Assembly: GCF_964204645.1 (NCBI RefSeq) | Contig: NW_027437462.1 | Location: forward strand, 1 to 64,000 | Origin: Tubulanus polymorphus | Taxonomy: Eukaryota > Animalia > Nemertea | DNA: 64,000 nt | Direction of reading: 5' to 3' | Shown here: piece after piece, positions 12,921 to 27,214 of the stretch | Layout: every line of letters starts with the position of its first letter | Position numbering within the stretch: position 1 is the stretch's first letter | Notes under the pieces: generated by a model | The model's input: the letters and a program-made list of their open reading frames with translations, nothing else | Told to the model about the DNA's origin: nothing | The model's database searches: none | Made by a program: the position numbers and the translations under genes

Positions 12921-13714
12921 GTGTAGACGTGTCGCAGGTTTCAGTTATTGAGATCCTCCTCCATTAGACTGAAAATAAATCAAACAACATTCATCATAAC
13001 ATCATTAGAGCAATTCACAAAAATCGTATCAAATATTCGATATAAATAAGAGTAACTAAACGAACCTGATCTAAACATCACCTTCTTTTGAGTAGAATAA
13101 ACAAAACTCTAGCGTTACGCCTACATCTGAAATAATACAAAACACTGAAAATCATTATTTCTTCATCAGATAAAAAATGAAAACAGATTCAACAAGATTC
13201 AAAATGCTTTTAGTGCCAACAATTTTCAGTGTTACAATTTTTTTTAATTGGTTCAGACTCAGAGCAGGGAACACTATATGAATTTATTCCCACACCGTCT
13301 GAAATTACAGATTTCACAATGAAATTTGCAGCGTGTTCGTTGCTCAGCTGCAGGTGAATCGCACCATTCAAACATGTTTGATATTTCCAAAGTAAATTGA
13401 GCCGCAATCTTTGACAAGCTTTCAAATCATGATGGCATCAATGATTTGAGAACGGCGCTGAAAACCTGCTTTGATTTTGGTTAACTCGGTTTTAAAACAC
13501 CACAGTTTTTAACTTCGAAACTGCTTCTAATGGTGTCGGTAGGCATCGCGTTGCTTGTCGACATAAGTCAGACTTAATCCTGCTTTCTCAGAGAACTGCT
13601 CTTCCTTCCCTTTTAGATTTTCCTAAATCTGCACCCGTACCTTCGCCGTGCCCTCCTCCAATTTTCCAGGGGATCCTCGTGATTCGTGAGATTGTAGTCG
13701 GGAAAATCTCTTAC

Positions 13715-16350
13715 CTGTTTTGGAATCCGCTAGGTCCGGCAACCGCGCTTCCCGATAAACTACCGTTCAAACTGGAGCCAGCAATCGCTCTGTTACCGGC
13801 CGATTCGCGATCGCTCTCATCGCGGATTTTCCCGACTCGGTCGATGTGGCTTCCGCTAGCGCTAAGACTGCCAGTCATAGCCATAGACATCTCACCGATA
13901 CTAGGTCCGGTACTGGGGTTCGCTACCCGGTCACTGGTCGTTTCTATACTGTGAGAATCAGCTACAACAAATATAAACATTCACTCATACTAGTACTGAA
14001 CTAACTTAAATGACGTCATAGGGGGATATATATAGCAGCCACACCAGACAACATGGCTTTATCAGTCAATCCCCTTATGACATCATCAAATTATCTTTCT
14101 CTTAATGGCTAAAGTCCATTTATTTAGTTCAATTTTCGAGAATATTCATCAATCCTTCTGAACAGTATAAAATTGATATAAAAACGATGATTTATCTGGA
14201 CTGCACAACACTGCTGATTCGATTAAGACCTATTTGAGGAATGCACACCAAAAATTAAGCGAAATATCCCAAAAAGATCGTGGACAATCAAAAATAAATA
14301 GACATTTAGTCTATACAAAACCTAGAAAAGTTGGTCACCTCCAATAAATCCCCCTATGACATCATCAAATTATCCCCTAAGATTCCTAGAAAGACAGCTG
14401 ATTCCGGACCCTGTGCTATATGAAAAGTATGGTTTAAGTACTTACGGGCGTAAGGCCCCGATGGGCCACTTCCTTCGTTCTCTTCGAACTCAAATCGAAC
14501 TCCGCCCGGAGTCAGTCGTCGATACGCCGCAACCACCGCTGCGACACAGCGATATCGGTACCACGCCGTAAACATACGCCAATAATATCGGTACACCGAT
14601 ACCAACGGCTAAACTAGCGACAACTGGCGCTACGATAACAGACGCAGTTACACCACCGGCTATTACCATATTCCTCTTGTGCTGTGGTAGGTGACCGTAA
14701 CGTGTATGTAACTGAAACACAAGATAAACACATGAGAAATAGCATTTTTCATGGTTAAATTTGCAATAAAAATCTCGCGCAGGGTGGACGTAGGTTCCAA
14801 TTTCCGGTTCTGACTAGTGCCATCAAGCGAGTAATTTCAGAACTTGAATTTGTCGATCTCCTGTATTTCACCCGATAAGCCTTATCATATGTCCTTGTCA
14901 TTACGGTTAAATGACAGTAACCACTTGATACAGTTTATGCGCAGTATTTAGAACTAGGATTTTGACAAAACAAATCAATAAGGATTTATTACTTCTAAGT
15001 GTTGGTTATTCAACGTCACTCTGTGAATTCAATTCGAATACAGTCTATATTAAATCCCAGTTTTTGGCTATATTCAATTATTGCAAAACTGGGATTGGCA
15101 TTGACAATCCCAGTTTTTTGGGTAGTTTTACTTTGACACTGGACCCAGTTTCACAGTTGTGTGGGTTTAATTGAGACTCTGGATCCAGTTCCACAGTTGT
15201 GTGGGTTTAATTTGATCCAGTTCCACAGTTGTGTGGGTTTAATTTGATCCAGTTCCACAGTTGTGTGGGTCTAATTGAGACTCTGGATCCAGTTCCACAT
15301 TGCAATGATATCCCATAATCACTAGGGCTAGTGTGGCCAGTTTGTTTACATCAGGTGACCAGCTCCAGCCAATCAGAAGCTAGGGTTAGGGTTATTGACC
15401 ATGTGCTTGGGGCTATTTGCATATATCAGGTGACCAGCTCCAGCCAATCAGAAGCTAGGGTTAGGGTTAGTGACCATGTGCTTGGGGCTATTTGCATCTA
15501 TCAGGTGACCAGCTCCAACCAATCAGAAGCTAGGGTTAGGGTAAGTGACCATGTGCTTGGGGCTATTTGCATATATCAGGTGACCAGCTCCAGCCAATCA
15601 GAAGCTAGGGTTAGGGTTAGTGACCATGTGCTTTGGGCTATTTGCATATATCAGGTGACCAGCTCCAGCCAATCAGAAGCTAGGGTTAGGGTTATAACTG
15701 TTCCTAGGTGTAGAGGAGGTGTTTACATATAGTGACATCAGTTGACAGCCTCCTATAGTCAGTCAATTATAGATCTACAATTGACTTTGTTTTGAGTTAA
15801 ACAGTTGTGTGGGTTTAATTTCAACATGAAAGGACATTTCAAAGGACATAATAATATCTGTAATGAGGCATTCAATGAATGAACATTTTGAATCCCAGTT
15901 CATCTGTTTGGGTTAAATTCCTTTAGTTCAACAATTTAATCAAATTGAAAAACTGTAGTCAGAAAGCTGACCTACCACACATATTAAGCTATCATTTTAT
16001 GTCTCACGTGGTCAGCCTGTGTGATAGGCCTAACATATAAAAGACTTTCAGTTATGTGTCCATGCGTATATGTTCTCGGAATTCAGACCAAAAATGACCT
16101 TTTGGGCACGAGGCCCTTGTGACTCTTGTGGAAATATAATAATGATCACTAAATTGAGATTCTCACAGACAGACGGCAGATGGATTCCTAATATTAGTCG
16201 ATAATTTACCTTGCGTCTGACCCAGACGGGAATCCCTATGATCATCGCGGGAACTGCGATTCCAGCGACAGTCCGATACTGACCGGAGCGCCAACTAACG
16301 TGCCAAGTTGCCACAATATCTTCTTCTTTCGGCTCCAAGACTTTTTACTT
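13715..16350 (-). pseudogene. RNF19: RNF19 fragment, copy 2
   Basis: Copy 1 shifted by +3731, with the same frameshifts. Confidence 0.92.
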
Positions 16351-16507
16351 TAATTATTACTCAATTTCTAAGGACTTATAAACCTTTATCATCGATTAAA
16401 AGCCGAGCTCGGGTTTACAAGGAAGGACCATAAATATCAATGGATTCATTCTATCACTTGCAACCATTTGATTCAGAGCTCTGACAACTAGAGAATCGCC
16501 ATGTGTG

Positions 16508-16651
16508 CAGGGGCCAGTTGCATAGTCATGGCTTAGACTTAAGACTAGTCTAAGACCAACTTAGTTCTATAGCTAATCTAACAACTTAAGACCAGTCACA
16601 AGATTTAAGACCACTTTTGGACTTAAGTCACGACTGTGCAGCTGGCCCCTG
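16508..16651. mobile_element. 144-bp MITE, copy 2
   Basis: Identical to 12777-12920. Confidence 0.75.
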
Positions 16652-17445
16652 GTGTAGACGTGTCGCAGGTTTCAGTTATTGAGATCCTCCTCCATTAGAC
16701 TGAAAATAAATCAAACAACATTCATCATAACATCATTAGAGCAATTCACAAAAATCGTATCAAATATTCGATATAAATAAGAGTAACTAAACGAACCTGA
16801 TCTAAACATCACCTTCTTTTGAGTAGAATAAACAAAACTCTAGCGTTACGCCTACATCTGAAATAATACAAAACACTGAAAATCATTATTTCTTCATCAG
16901 ATAAAAAATGAAAACAGATTCAACAAGATTCAAAATGCTTTTAGTGCCAACAATTTTCAGTGTTACAATTTTTTTTAATTGGTTCAGACTCAGAGCAGGG
17001 AACACTATATGAATTTATTCCCACACCGTCTGAAATTACAGATTTCACAATGAAATTTGCAGCGTGTTCGTTGCTCAGCTGCAGGTGAATCGCACCATTC
17101 AAACATGTTTGATATTTCCAAAGTAAATTGAGCCGCAATCTTTGACAAGCTTTCAAATCATGATGGCATCAATGATTTGAGAACGGCGCTGAAAACCTGC
17201 TTTGATTTTGGTTAACTCGGTTTTAAAACACCACAGTTTTTAACTTCGAAACTGCTTCTAATGGTGTCGGTAGGCATCGCGTTGCTTGTCGACATAAGTC
17301 AGACTTAATCCTGCTTTCTCAGAGAACTGCTCTTCCTTCCCTTTTAGATTTTCCTAAATCTGCACCCGTACCTTCGCCGTGCCCTCCTCCAATTTTCCAG
17401 GGGATCCTCGTGATTCGTGAGATTGTAGTCGGGAAAATCTCTTAC

Positions 17446-20081
17446 CTGTTTTGGAATCCGCTAGGTCCGGCAACCGCGCTTCCCGATAAACTACCGTTCA
17501 AACTGGAGCCAGCAATCGCTCTGTTACCGGCCGATTCGCGATCGCTCTCATCGCGGATTTTCCCGACTCGGTCGATGTGGCTTCCGCTAGCGCTAAGACT
17601 GCCAGTCATAGCCATAGACATCTCACCGATACTAGGTCCGGTACTGGGGTTCGCTACCCGGTCACTGGTCGTTTCTATACTGTGAGAATCAGCTACAACA
17701 AATATAAACATTCACTCATACTAGTACTGAACTAACTTAAATGACGTCATAGGGGGATATATATAGCAGCCACACCAGACAACATGGCTTTATCAGTCAA
17801 TCCCCTTATGACATCATCAAATTATCTTTCTCTTAATGGCTAAAGTCCATTTATTTAGTTCAATTTTCGAGAATATTCATCAATCCTTCTGAACAGTGTA
17901 AAATTGATATAAAAACGATGATTTATCTGGACTGCACAACACTGCTGATTCGATTAAGACCTATTTGAGGAATGCACACCAAAAATTAAGCGAAATATCC
18001 CAAAAAGATCGTGGACAATCAAAAATAAATAGACATTTAGTCTATACAAAACCTAGAAAAGTTGGTCACCTCCAATAAATCCCCCTATGACATCATCAAA
18101 TTATCCCCTAAGATTCCTAGAAAGACAGCTGATTCCGGACCCTGCGCTATATGAAAAGTATGGTTTAAGTACTTACGGGCGTAAGGCCCCGATGGGCCAC
18201 TTCCTTCGTTCTCTTCGAACTCAAATCGAACTCCGCCCGGAGTCAGTCGTCGATACGCCGCAACCACCGCTGCGACACAGCGATATCGGTACCACGCCGT
18301 AAACATACGCCAATAATATCGGTACACCGATACCAACGGCTAAACTAGCGACAACTGGCGCTACGATAACAGACGCAGTTACACCACCGGCTATTACCAT
18401 ATTCCTCTTGTGCTGTGGTAGGTGACCGTAACGTGTATGTAACTGAAACACAAGATAAACACATGAGAAATAGCATTTTTCATGGTTAAATTTGCAATAA
18501 AAATCTCGCGCAGGGTGGATGTAGGTTCCAATTTCCGGTTCTGACTAGTGCCATCAAGCGAGTAATTTCAGAACTTGAATTTGTCGATCTCCTGTATTTC
18601 ACCCGATAAGCCTTATCATATGTCCTTGTCATTACGGTTAAATGACAGTAACCACTTGATACAGTTTATGCGCAGTATTTAGAACTAGGATTTTGACAAA
18701 ACAAATCAATAAGGATTTATTACTTCTAAGTGTTGGTTATTCAACGTCACTCTGTGAATTCAATTCGAATACAGTCTATATTAAATCCCAGTTTTTGGCT
18801 ATATTCAATTATTGCAAAACTGGGATTGGCATTGACAATCCCAGTTTTTTGGGTAGTTTTACTTTGACACTGGACCCAGTTTCACAGTTGTGTGGGTTTA
18901 ATTGAGACTCTGGATCCAGTTCCACAGTTGTGTGGGTTTAATTTGATCCAGTTCCACAGTTGTGTGGGTTTAATTTGATCCAGTTCCACAGTTGTGTGGG
19001 TCTAATTGAGACTCTGGATCCAGTTCCACATTGCAATGATATCCCATAATCACTAGGGCTAGTGTGGCCAGTTTGTTTACATCAGGTGACCAGCTCCAGC
19101 CAATCAGAAGCTAGGGTTAGGGTTATTGACCATGTGCTTGGGGCTATTTGCATATATCAGGTGACCAGCTCCAGCCAATCAGAAGCTAGGGTTAGGGTTA
19201 GTGACCATGTGCTTGGGGCTATTTGCATCTATCAGGTGACCAGCTCCAACCAATCAGAAGCTAGGGTTAGGGTAAGTGACCATGTGCTTGGGGCTATTTG
19301 CATATATCAGGTGACCAGCTCCAGCCAATCAGAAGCTAGGGTTAGGGTTAGTGACCATGTGCTTTGGGCTATTTGCATATATCAGGTGACCAGCTCCAGC
19401 CAATCAGAAGCTAGGGTTAGGGTTATAACTGTTCCTAGGTGTAGAGGAGGTGTTTACATATAGTGACATCAGTTGACAGCCTCCTATAGTTAGTCAATTA
19501 TAGATCTACAATTGACTTTGTTTTGAGTTAAACAGTTGTGTGGGTTTAATTTCAACATGAAAGGACATTTCAAAGGACATAATAATATCTGTAATGAGGC
19601 ATTCAATGAATGAACATTTTGAATCCCAGTTCATCTGTTTGGGTTAAATTCCTTTAGTTCAACAATTTAATCAAATTGAAAAACTGTAGTCAGAAAGCTG
19701 ACCTACCACACATATTAAGCTATCATTTTATGTCTCACGTGGTCAGCCTGTGTGATAGGCCTAACATATAAAAGACTTTCAGTTATGTGTCCATGCGTAT
19801 ATGTTCTCGGAATTCAGACCAAAAATGACCTTTTGGGCACGAGGCCCTTGTGACTCTTGTGGAAATATAATAATGATCACTAAATTGAGATTCTCACAGA
19901 CAGACGGCAGATGGATTCCTAATATTAGTCGATAATTTACCTTGCGTCTGACCCAGACGGGAATCCCTATGATCATCGCGGGAACTGCGATTCCAGCGAC
20001 AGTCCGATACTGACCGGAGCGCCAACTAACGTGCCAAGTTGCCACAATATCTTCTTCTTTCGGCTCCAAGACTTTTTACTT
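17446..20081 (-). pseudogene. RNF19: RNF19 fragment, copy 3
   Basis: Copy 1 shifted by +7462, with the same frameshifts. Confidence 0.92.
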
Positions 20082-20238
20082 TAATTATTACTCAATTTCT
20101 AAGGACTTATAAACCTTTATCATCGATTAAAAGCCGAGCTCGGGTTTACAAGGAAGGACCATAAATATCTATGGATTCATTCTATCACTTGCAACCATTT
20201 GATTCAGAGCTCTGACAACTAGAGAATCGCCATGTGTG

Positions 20239-20382
20239 CAGGGGCCAGTTGCATAGTCATGGCTTAGACTTAAGACTAGTCTAAGACCAACTTAGTTCTA
20301 TAGCTAATCTAACAACTTAAGACCAGTCACAAGATTTAAGACCACTTTTGGACTTAAGTCACGACTGTGCAGCTGGCCCCTG
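20239..20382. mobile_element. 144-bp MITE, copy 3
   Basis: Identical to 12777-12920. Confidence 0.75.
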
Positions 20383-21176
20383 GTGTAGACGTGTCGCAGG
20401 TTTCAGTTATTGAGATCCTCCTCCATTAGACTGAAAATAAATCAAACAACATTCATTATAACATCATTAGAGCAATTCACAAAAATCGTATCAAATATTC
20501 GATATAAATAAGAGTAACTAAACGAACCTGATCTAAACATCACCTTCTTTTGAGTAGAATAAACAAAACTCTAGCGTTACGCCTACATCTGAAATAATAC
20601 AAAACACTGAAAATCATTATTTCTTCATCAGATAAAAAATGAAAACAGATTCAACAAGATTCAAAATGCTTTTAGTGCCAACAATTTTCAGTGTTACAAT
20701 TTTTTTTAATTGGTTCAGACTCAGAGCAGGGAACACTATATGAATTTATTCCCACACCGTCTGAAATTACAGATTTCACAATGAAATTTGCAGCGTGTTC
20801 GTTGCTCAGCTGCAGGTGAATCGCACCATTCAAACATGTTTGATATTTCCAAAGTAAATTGAGCCGCAATCTTTGACAAGCTTTCAAATCATGATGGCAT
20901 CAATGATTTGAGAACGGCGCTGAAAACCTGCTTTGATTTTGGTTAACTCGGTTTTAAAACACCACAGTTTTTAACTTCGAAACTGCTTCTAATGGTGTCG
21001 GTAGGCATCGCGTTGCTTGTCGACATAAGTCAGACTTAATCCTGCTTTCTCAGAGAACTGCTCTTCCTTCCCTTTTAGATTTTCCTAAATCTGCACCCGT
21101 ACCTTCGCCGTGCCCTCCTCCAATTTTCCAGGGGATCCTCGTGATTCGTGAGATTGTAGTCGGGAAAATCTCTTAC

Positions 21177-22165
21177 CTGTTTTGGAATCCGCTAGGTCCG
21201 GCAACCGCGCTTCCCGATAAACTACCGTTCAAACTGGAGCCAGCAATCGCTCTGTTACCGGCCGATTCGCGATCGCTCTCATCGCGGATTTTCCCGACTC
21301 GGTCGATGTGGCTTCCGCTAGCGCTAAGACTGCCAGTCATAGCCATAGACATCTCACCGATACTAGGTCCGGTACTGGGGTTCGCTACCCGGTCACTGGT
21401 CGTTTCTATACTGTGAGAATCAGCTACAACAAATATAAACATTCACTCATACTAGTACTGAACTAACTTAAATGACGTCATAGGGGGATATATATAGCAG
21501 CCACACCAGACAACATGGCTTTATCAGTCAATCCCCTTATGACATCATCAAATTATCTTTCTCTTAATGGCTAAAGTCCATTTATTTAGTTCAATTTTCG
21601 AGAATATTCATCAATCCTTCTGAACAGTGTAAAATTGATATAAAAACGATGATTTATCTGGACTGCACAACACTGCTGATTCGATTAAGACCTATTTGAG
21701 GAATGCACACCAAAAATTAAGCGAAATATCCCAAAAAGATCGTGGACAATCAAAAATAAATAGACATTTAGTCTATACAAAACCTAGAAAAGTTGGTCAC
21801 CTCCAATAAATCCCCCTATGACATCATCAAATTATCCCCTAAGATTCCTAGAAAGACAGCTGATTCCGGACCCTGCGCTATATGAAAAGTATGGTTTAAG
21901 TACTTACGGGCGTAAGGCCCTGATGGGCCACTTCCTTCGTTCTCTTCGAACTCAAATCGAACTCCGCCCGGAGTCAGTCGTCGATACGCCGCAACCACCG
22001 CTGCGACACAGCGATATCGGTACCACGCCGTAAACATATGCCAATAATATCGGTACACCGATACCAACGGCTAAACTAGCGACAACTGGCGCTACGATAA
22101 CAGACGCAGTTACACCACCGGCTATTACCATATTCCTCTTGTGCTGTGGTAGGTGACCGTAACGT
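21177..22165 (-). pseudogene. RNF19: RNF19 fragment, copy 4 (truncated inside the middle exon)
   Basis: Identity breaks at ccgtaacgt|attcac (22165). Confidence 0.9.
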
Positions 22166-23920
22166 ATTCACTTGACGCGCAGTCAATTTCAGGTGTAGAC
22201 ATGTCGCAGGTTTCAGTTATTGAGATCCTCCTCCATTAGACTGAAAATAAATCAAACAACATTCATTATAACATCATTAGAGCAATTCACAAAAATCGTA
22301 TCAAATATTCGATATAAATAAGAGTAACTAAACAAACCTGATCTAAACATCACCTTCTTTTTGAGTAGAATAAACAAAACTCTAGCGTTACGCCTACATC
22401 TGAAATAATACAAAACACTGAAAATCATTATTTCTTCATCAGATAAAAAATGAAAACAGATTCAACAAGATTCAAATGCTTTTAATGTCAAGAATTTTCA
22501 GTGTTACAATCTTTTTTCATACAAGACTTAACGGTAAATTGGTTCAGACTTAGAGCAGGGAACACTATATGAATTTATTCCCACACCGTCTGAAATTACA
22601 GATTTCACAATGAAATTTGCAGCGTGTTCGTTGCTCAGCAGCAGGTGAATCGCACCATTCAAACATGTTTGATATTTTCACAGTAAATTTCATTGCAGCG
22701 AAATTTTTGTTTAGTCCCAAAAACAGTAAATTGAGCCGCAATCTTTGACAAGCTTTCAAATCATGATGGCATCAATGATTTGAGAACGGCGCTGAAAACC
22801 TGCTTGGATTTTGGTTAACTCAGTTTTAAAACACCACTGAAACTGGTTTTTAGAGGTCTTTGATTAGGGCCTAAGATATATCTACCTGAATTGAGGGATC
22901 ACTTGTTCACTTCATTGCCAAACAGTTATTTTTCCTTGAACTTCCTGATGACTGCAGTTTTTTTTGTAGAGCATCACCCTGCCCCTGGGCCTGAAATAAA
23001 CATAGAAACCTGTCAGAGAAAGCACTCTAAAATCCAGGGTATCCGCGGGGTCAAATGCCTCATCTGTATTGATAGTAATGGTTTATATTAGGCTCTCTTA
23101 TGTTATTGATACTTTTTATTGAACGATGGTTTTACAGCACGCATCAGTGAATAGAGATTGCTGCTGCTCGTGGGGTTAAACCGGAGTGTTTTATGTCGCT
23201 CTCCATCTCGAATCACCTTCATACATCACAAGTATTCGATTCATAAGTAAATTTAATTACTGTATTTCAATGTTGAAATGGTCTGAAGACATTCTGTCGC
23301 TTCTGCGTTGAAAGTGAAGTTTCTAAATATTTCAAGTGAAAATTGCGATTGATTCGTCCGCCATCATTCTTAAATGGGACATACTCCACTTGGGAGGGCT
23401 AGTTCTGTAGACCGCGCAGATCGAGGTCGACTAGGACTCAGGTGCATGAGCGCTCCGGGCACCAACTAAAGAGTTTACGGTAGTTCCCGTGGTAGACTTT
23501 ACATGCCGCTAATCTAAACATCACCTTCTTTTGAGTAGAATAAACAAAACTCTAGCGTTACGCCTACATCTGAAATAATACAAAACACTGAAAATCATTA
23601 TTTCTTCATCAGATAAAAAATGAAAACAGATTCAACAAGATTCAAAATGCTTTTAGTGCCAAGAATTTTCAGTGTTACAATCTTTTTTTCATACAAGACT
23701 TAACGGTAAATTGGTTCAGACTTAGAGCAGGGAACACTATATGAATTTATTCCTACCCGGAAATAAACAAAGCACTCTAAAATCCAGGGTATCCGCGGAG
23801 TCAAATGCTCCATCTGTATTGATAGTAATAGTTTAGGCCTCGATCCACTCTTTACGTATGTTATTTATACTTTTTACTGAATGATGGTTTTACACGCATC
23901 AGTGAATTAGAGTTTGCTGT
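22166..23920. repeat. Diverged partial duplicates of the array leader (22166-22838, 23511-23756) and a duplicated block (~23015-23165 vs ~23765-23920)
   Basis: 22166 matches 7986 onward and retains segments deleted in the tandem units. aagcactctaaaatccagggtatccgcgg occurs at ~23020 and ~23770. Confidence 0.85.
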
Positions 23921-24599
23921 AGTTTCCTAATCGTTGTTTGTAAGGTTTTTATAATCGGATGCGCTTATACCAACGTTAGGGATGACAAGGGCCAAGACAC
24001 CGCTCTCTCTCTCTGGTTTCAGGATGGATCTACGTAGATTGAGAGCTCTAGCTAATCAAGCTAGACTCACATTAAGTCCAGCTTATGATGTGTTCTTACT
24101 TCAACTGCAGAGAATTAAAGCGAAATTCTAGACTATTGTAGATGTTTAAAACACAGTCCTTCTCTTAGAGTTAAGGTTAAATCATCATCCTCCACTCCAC
24201 ATACTTCAAAATCTTATTCATTCATTCAAGACGAATTTTAGTTTTTGTTTTAGAGTCCATGTTTCCATGCAACTGGATCCTATATACAGTTGTCAATTAA
24301 TCCGTTCTTGACGTCATTAAAACAGCCATATGTTTGGAAGAAACGAGAAACTGTCGCGACCGCAGCCGCAGCCTGTAGACCCTACACTGACAGATCAGTC
24401 TCACTGGAGTCTTACTGCAACCATCCTACAGAAGAGTCCTACATCAGAGTCCTACAGCAGAGTCCTACATCAGAGTCCTACAGCAGAGTCATAGCGAGAG
24501 GTAGTCAATATCAAACACGTTCGATGAGTTTAATTCAATAATTGAAGCTTTAGAAAATATACACAAAGTAAAGAAGTTTTTGATTCAGTTTCAGCAGAG

Positions 24600-27214
24600 A
24601 TGAAGTTTATTTTGTTGATGTTTATTTGGTTCGTGGTGGAAAATGTTACGGCAGAATTATGTAAGTAAAACTAACCGGGAAGGTTATTAGAAGGTGAAGT
24701 GAGTGAAATAGTTCGGGCAGGTGCGAGTGAAATAGTTCGGGCCAAAGTTTGACACTTGACTAATCCCTTAGGATTTTTATTATTGTCTTGAAAACTATAA
24801 ATCCAAAATATTTCTTATTAATCCGAGACATAAACTGAACCAGTAACAAAAGCAAATAGACATCGAAAAACCATTGGTCAAAACATGCCCGTTTAGGAAT
24901 TCCCAGTGAATAGAGTTGTATGTATTATGAACATACAACTGCTATCGATTTATGCATGTTTTATAAATCATAACAGTATCCTTGGAAATTGTAGTGATTT
25001 TCAGTAATAAGACAATCAATTAGATAATCAATTAGATAACCAATTATGGATGTTATTTATTGTGGGTAGAAGATTTCAGGTCAACAGTGATTCTGATAAA
25101 TTCGAATTACTACCATTGGAAACCAGAATCAAAAATGGCGTCGTCACAAATTCGAACTGTATTAAAAATATTTTCCACGATATTTTGACTCCTTTTTCTT
25201 TCAGTAATGTAATTATATTTTAATGATCGACTAGTCAGTTTCTAAGGCGCAATTCTGACTGGCCATTTTGAATAATGTCATTTTGAATGCATGGAGAAAT
25301 TACCCACTAATATAGATTATAGATTACTTTAAATATCTTAAAATATCAACTAATTAATTTTCGAATCTTTTAATAACTGATTTGAAACAAAATGATAACA
25401 ATTTTCACAGGGACACACCGTATACCGTGGAACCTCGTCATAACGATTTATCGGTTTTAACCTAGAATTTCATCCCAAATAAACCATTCTAATAATTTCA
25501 TACTGAATATAACGAACATCAGTTATAATGAACAGATTTCATTTTCCCCGGAAGTTCGCTGCACTGTAAATATAAATTGGGTGGAGAAACCGCCGCGAGT
25601 AATGTGTGAGATATTGATGCAGCTGCTGCTGCTGCTTATATTGCGATTTTTACACATTGTTTCCCGTGATTTACATAGTAAGTTATCAAAACTCAATAAT
25701 CGATAGTAAATCTGTTGGAAGCTTGTTTCAGACAATCTGCGGAGGTTAGGGGTAGGGGTATCGAGTTATCGGTAACACGAAACTATTGTCCTCAATATTT
25801 GTGTCGCGTGTTTAAACGTATAACACTTAAACAATTACATTCGGGTATTATTTCATCAACAGGTGCTCGAGATTGTCACGTGACATTGAACTGCGAATTT
25901 TGGAGGGATAGTACTCCAGGTTTTGGTGCAGCAGCATGGCCACCGGGATTTGCGGCCATGATGGGCATTCAGAAACGTGAATGGTACACAGACTATAAAC
26001 CAGGAACAGATTGTAATAAATGCGACGAATGTAAAACAGATTTCGTGAAAGATTCAGTGGCGCGAGGTTTCTGTGTGAATCGTGTTTCATCACAGAAACA
26101 ATGCAAAGAACCGTGCACGTGTCGGGGTAAACATATATATGTAAGTATCTACTAAACATCCCCCGCATCCTACATCTACATCCTACATCTACATTCTACA
26201 TCTACATCCTACATCTACATACTACATCTACATCCTACATCTACATCATACGTCTACACGTCTTGCAGAAAGATGAAACGTGCCTCATGCCAGAATCGTA
26301 TTGTGAAATTTGCACGTGTGGTGATGGCGGATCAGTGCTTGGAAAACAATGGACGTGTCGAATAGCTGATAACTGTACTACTACCACTGCTAAACCGACT
26401 ACTACCACTGCTAAACCGACTACTACCACTGCTAAACCGACAACTACCACTGCTAAACCGACAACTACCACTGCTAAACCGACAACTACCACTGCTAAAC
26501 CGACTACTACCACTGCTAAACCGACAACTACCACTGCTAAACCGACAACTACCACTGCTAAACCGACAACTACCACTGCTAAACTGACAACAACTACCAA
26601 GAAAGTTGAACGTAAGGCATGATCGGTTTTTTCCACGTAATAATAAATTTCCTGTTTATAAATTTCTAATTTTCATACCGTTTACAGCGAGAACATTTTG
26701 GAGCATCCAACGTAAATATGCATTAAATTTGTTCCGATCAGAATTTAAACAAAACGCGACAATAACGGGCTGGGATTACAGCTATTACCCGCCGCCGAGT
26801 GGCGCTGCTAGCGGCCAGCCGATACAACCTGTATACGCAGTTGTTTGGAGACCGACGGGAAAAGAGCTCGAGTATAAACTAATTGGGAAAGTGAAACTCG
26901 ACCCTCAGACACAACTGACCGATCTAACCAAATTGACCCCTGCAACTGCCACTTCCGGTATCAATATTGACGTCATACCCGGTGATACAATAGGATTGCT
27001 ACATTCCGGTGGTCTGATTAAACAAACATTTATTGCTTATAAAGCCAGTAATGTTAAGTTGCCCAAGTTCGAAACATTTCTACAAGTTGGAGGAAAAACC
27101 GCCGCTAACGTTAATATCGATGACATCGTTAAATTCCGACCGTCAAATTCAGCATCAGGAAAACTGATATATCGTTATTATAGCGGGTTCGAACCCGTAT
27201 ATATCAATAAATAA
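24600..27214 (+). CDS. Secreted protein: signal peptide, Cys-rich/VWC-like region, (TTTTAKP)n mucin stalk, C-terminal globular domain
   Basis: Exons 24600-24660 (MKFILLMFIWFVVENVTAEL), 25863-26140, 26269-26611 and 26688-27214, with GT-AG junctions in consistent phase. CTCRG..C..CEICTC..C..C pattern and a 21-bp coding repeat. Confidence 0.85.

Larger units (their letters stand above)
8013..22165. repeat. 3731-bp tandem segmental array (units 8013-12920 incl. HINE, 12921-16651, 16652-20382, partial 20383-22165)
   Basis: The ORF track repeats at exactly +3731. Units differ by only scattered SNPs (e.g. 10684 c vs 14415 t; 10437 a vs 17898 g; 21921; 22039). Confidence 0.97.

Noticed and set aside
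25420-25530. pogo/Tigger-like TIR (also ~57014)
   Set aside because: Only one end is recognisable; no matching inverted partner or TSD.
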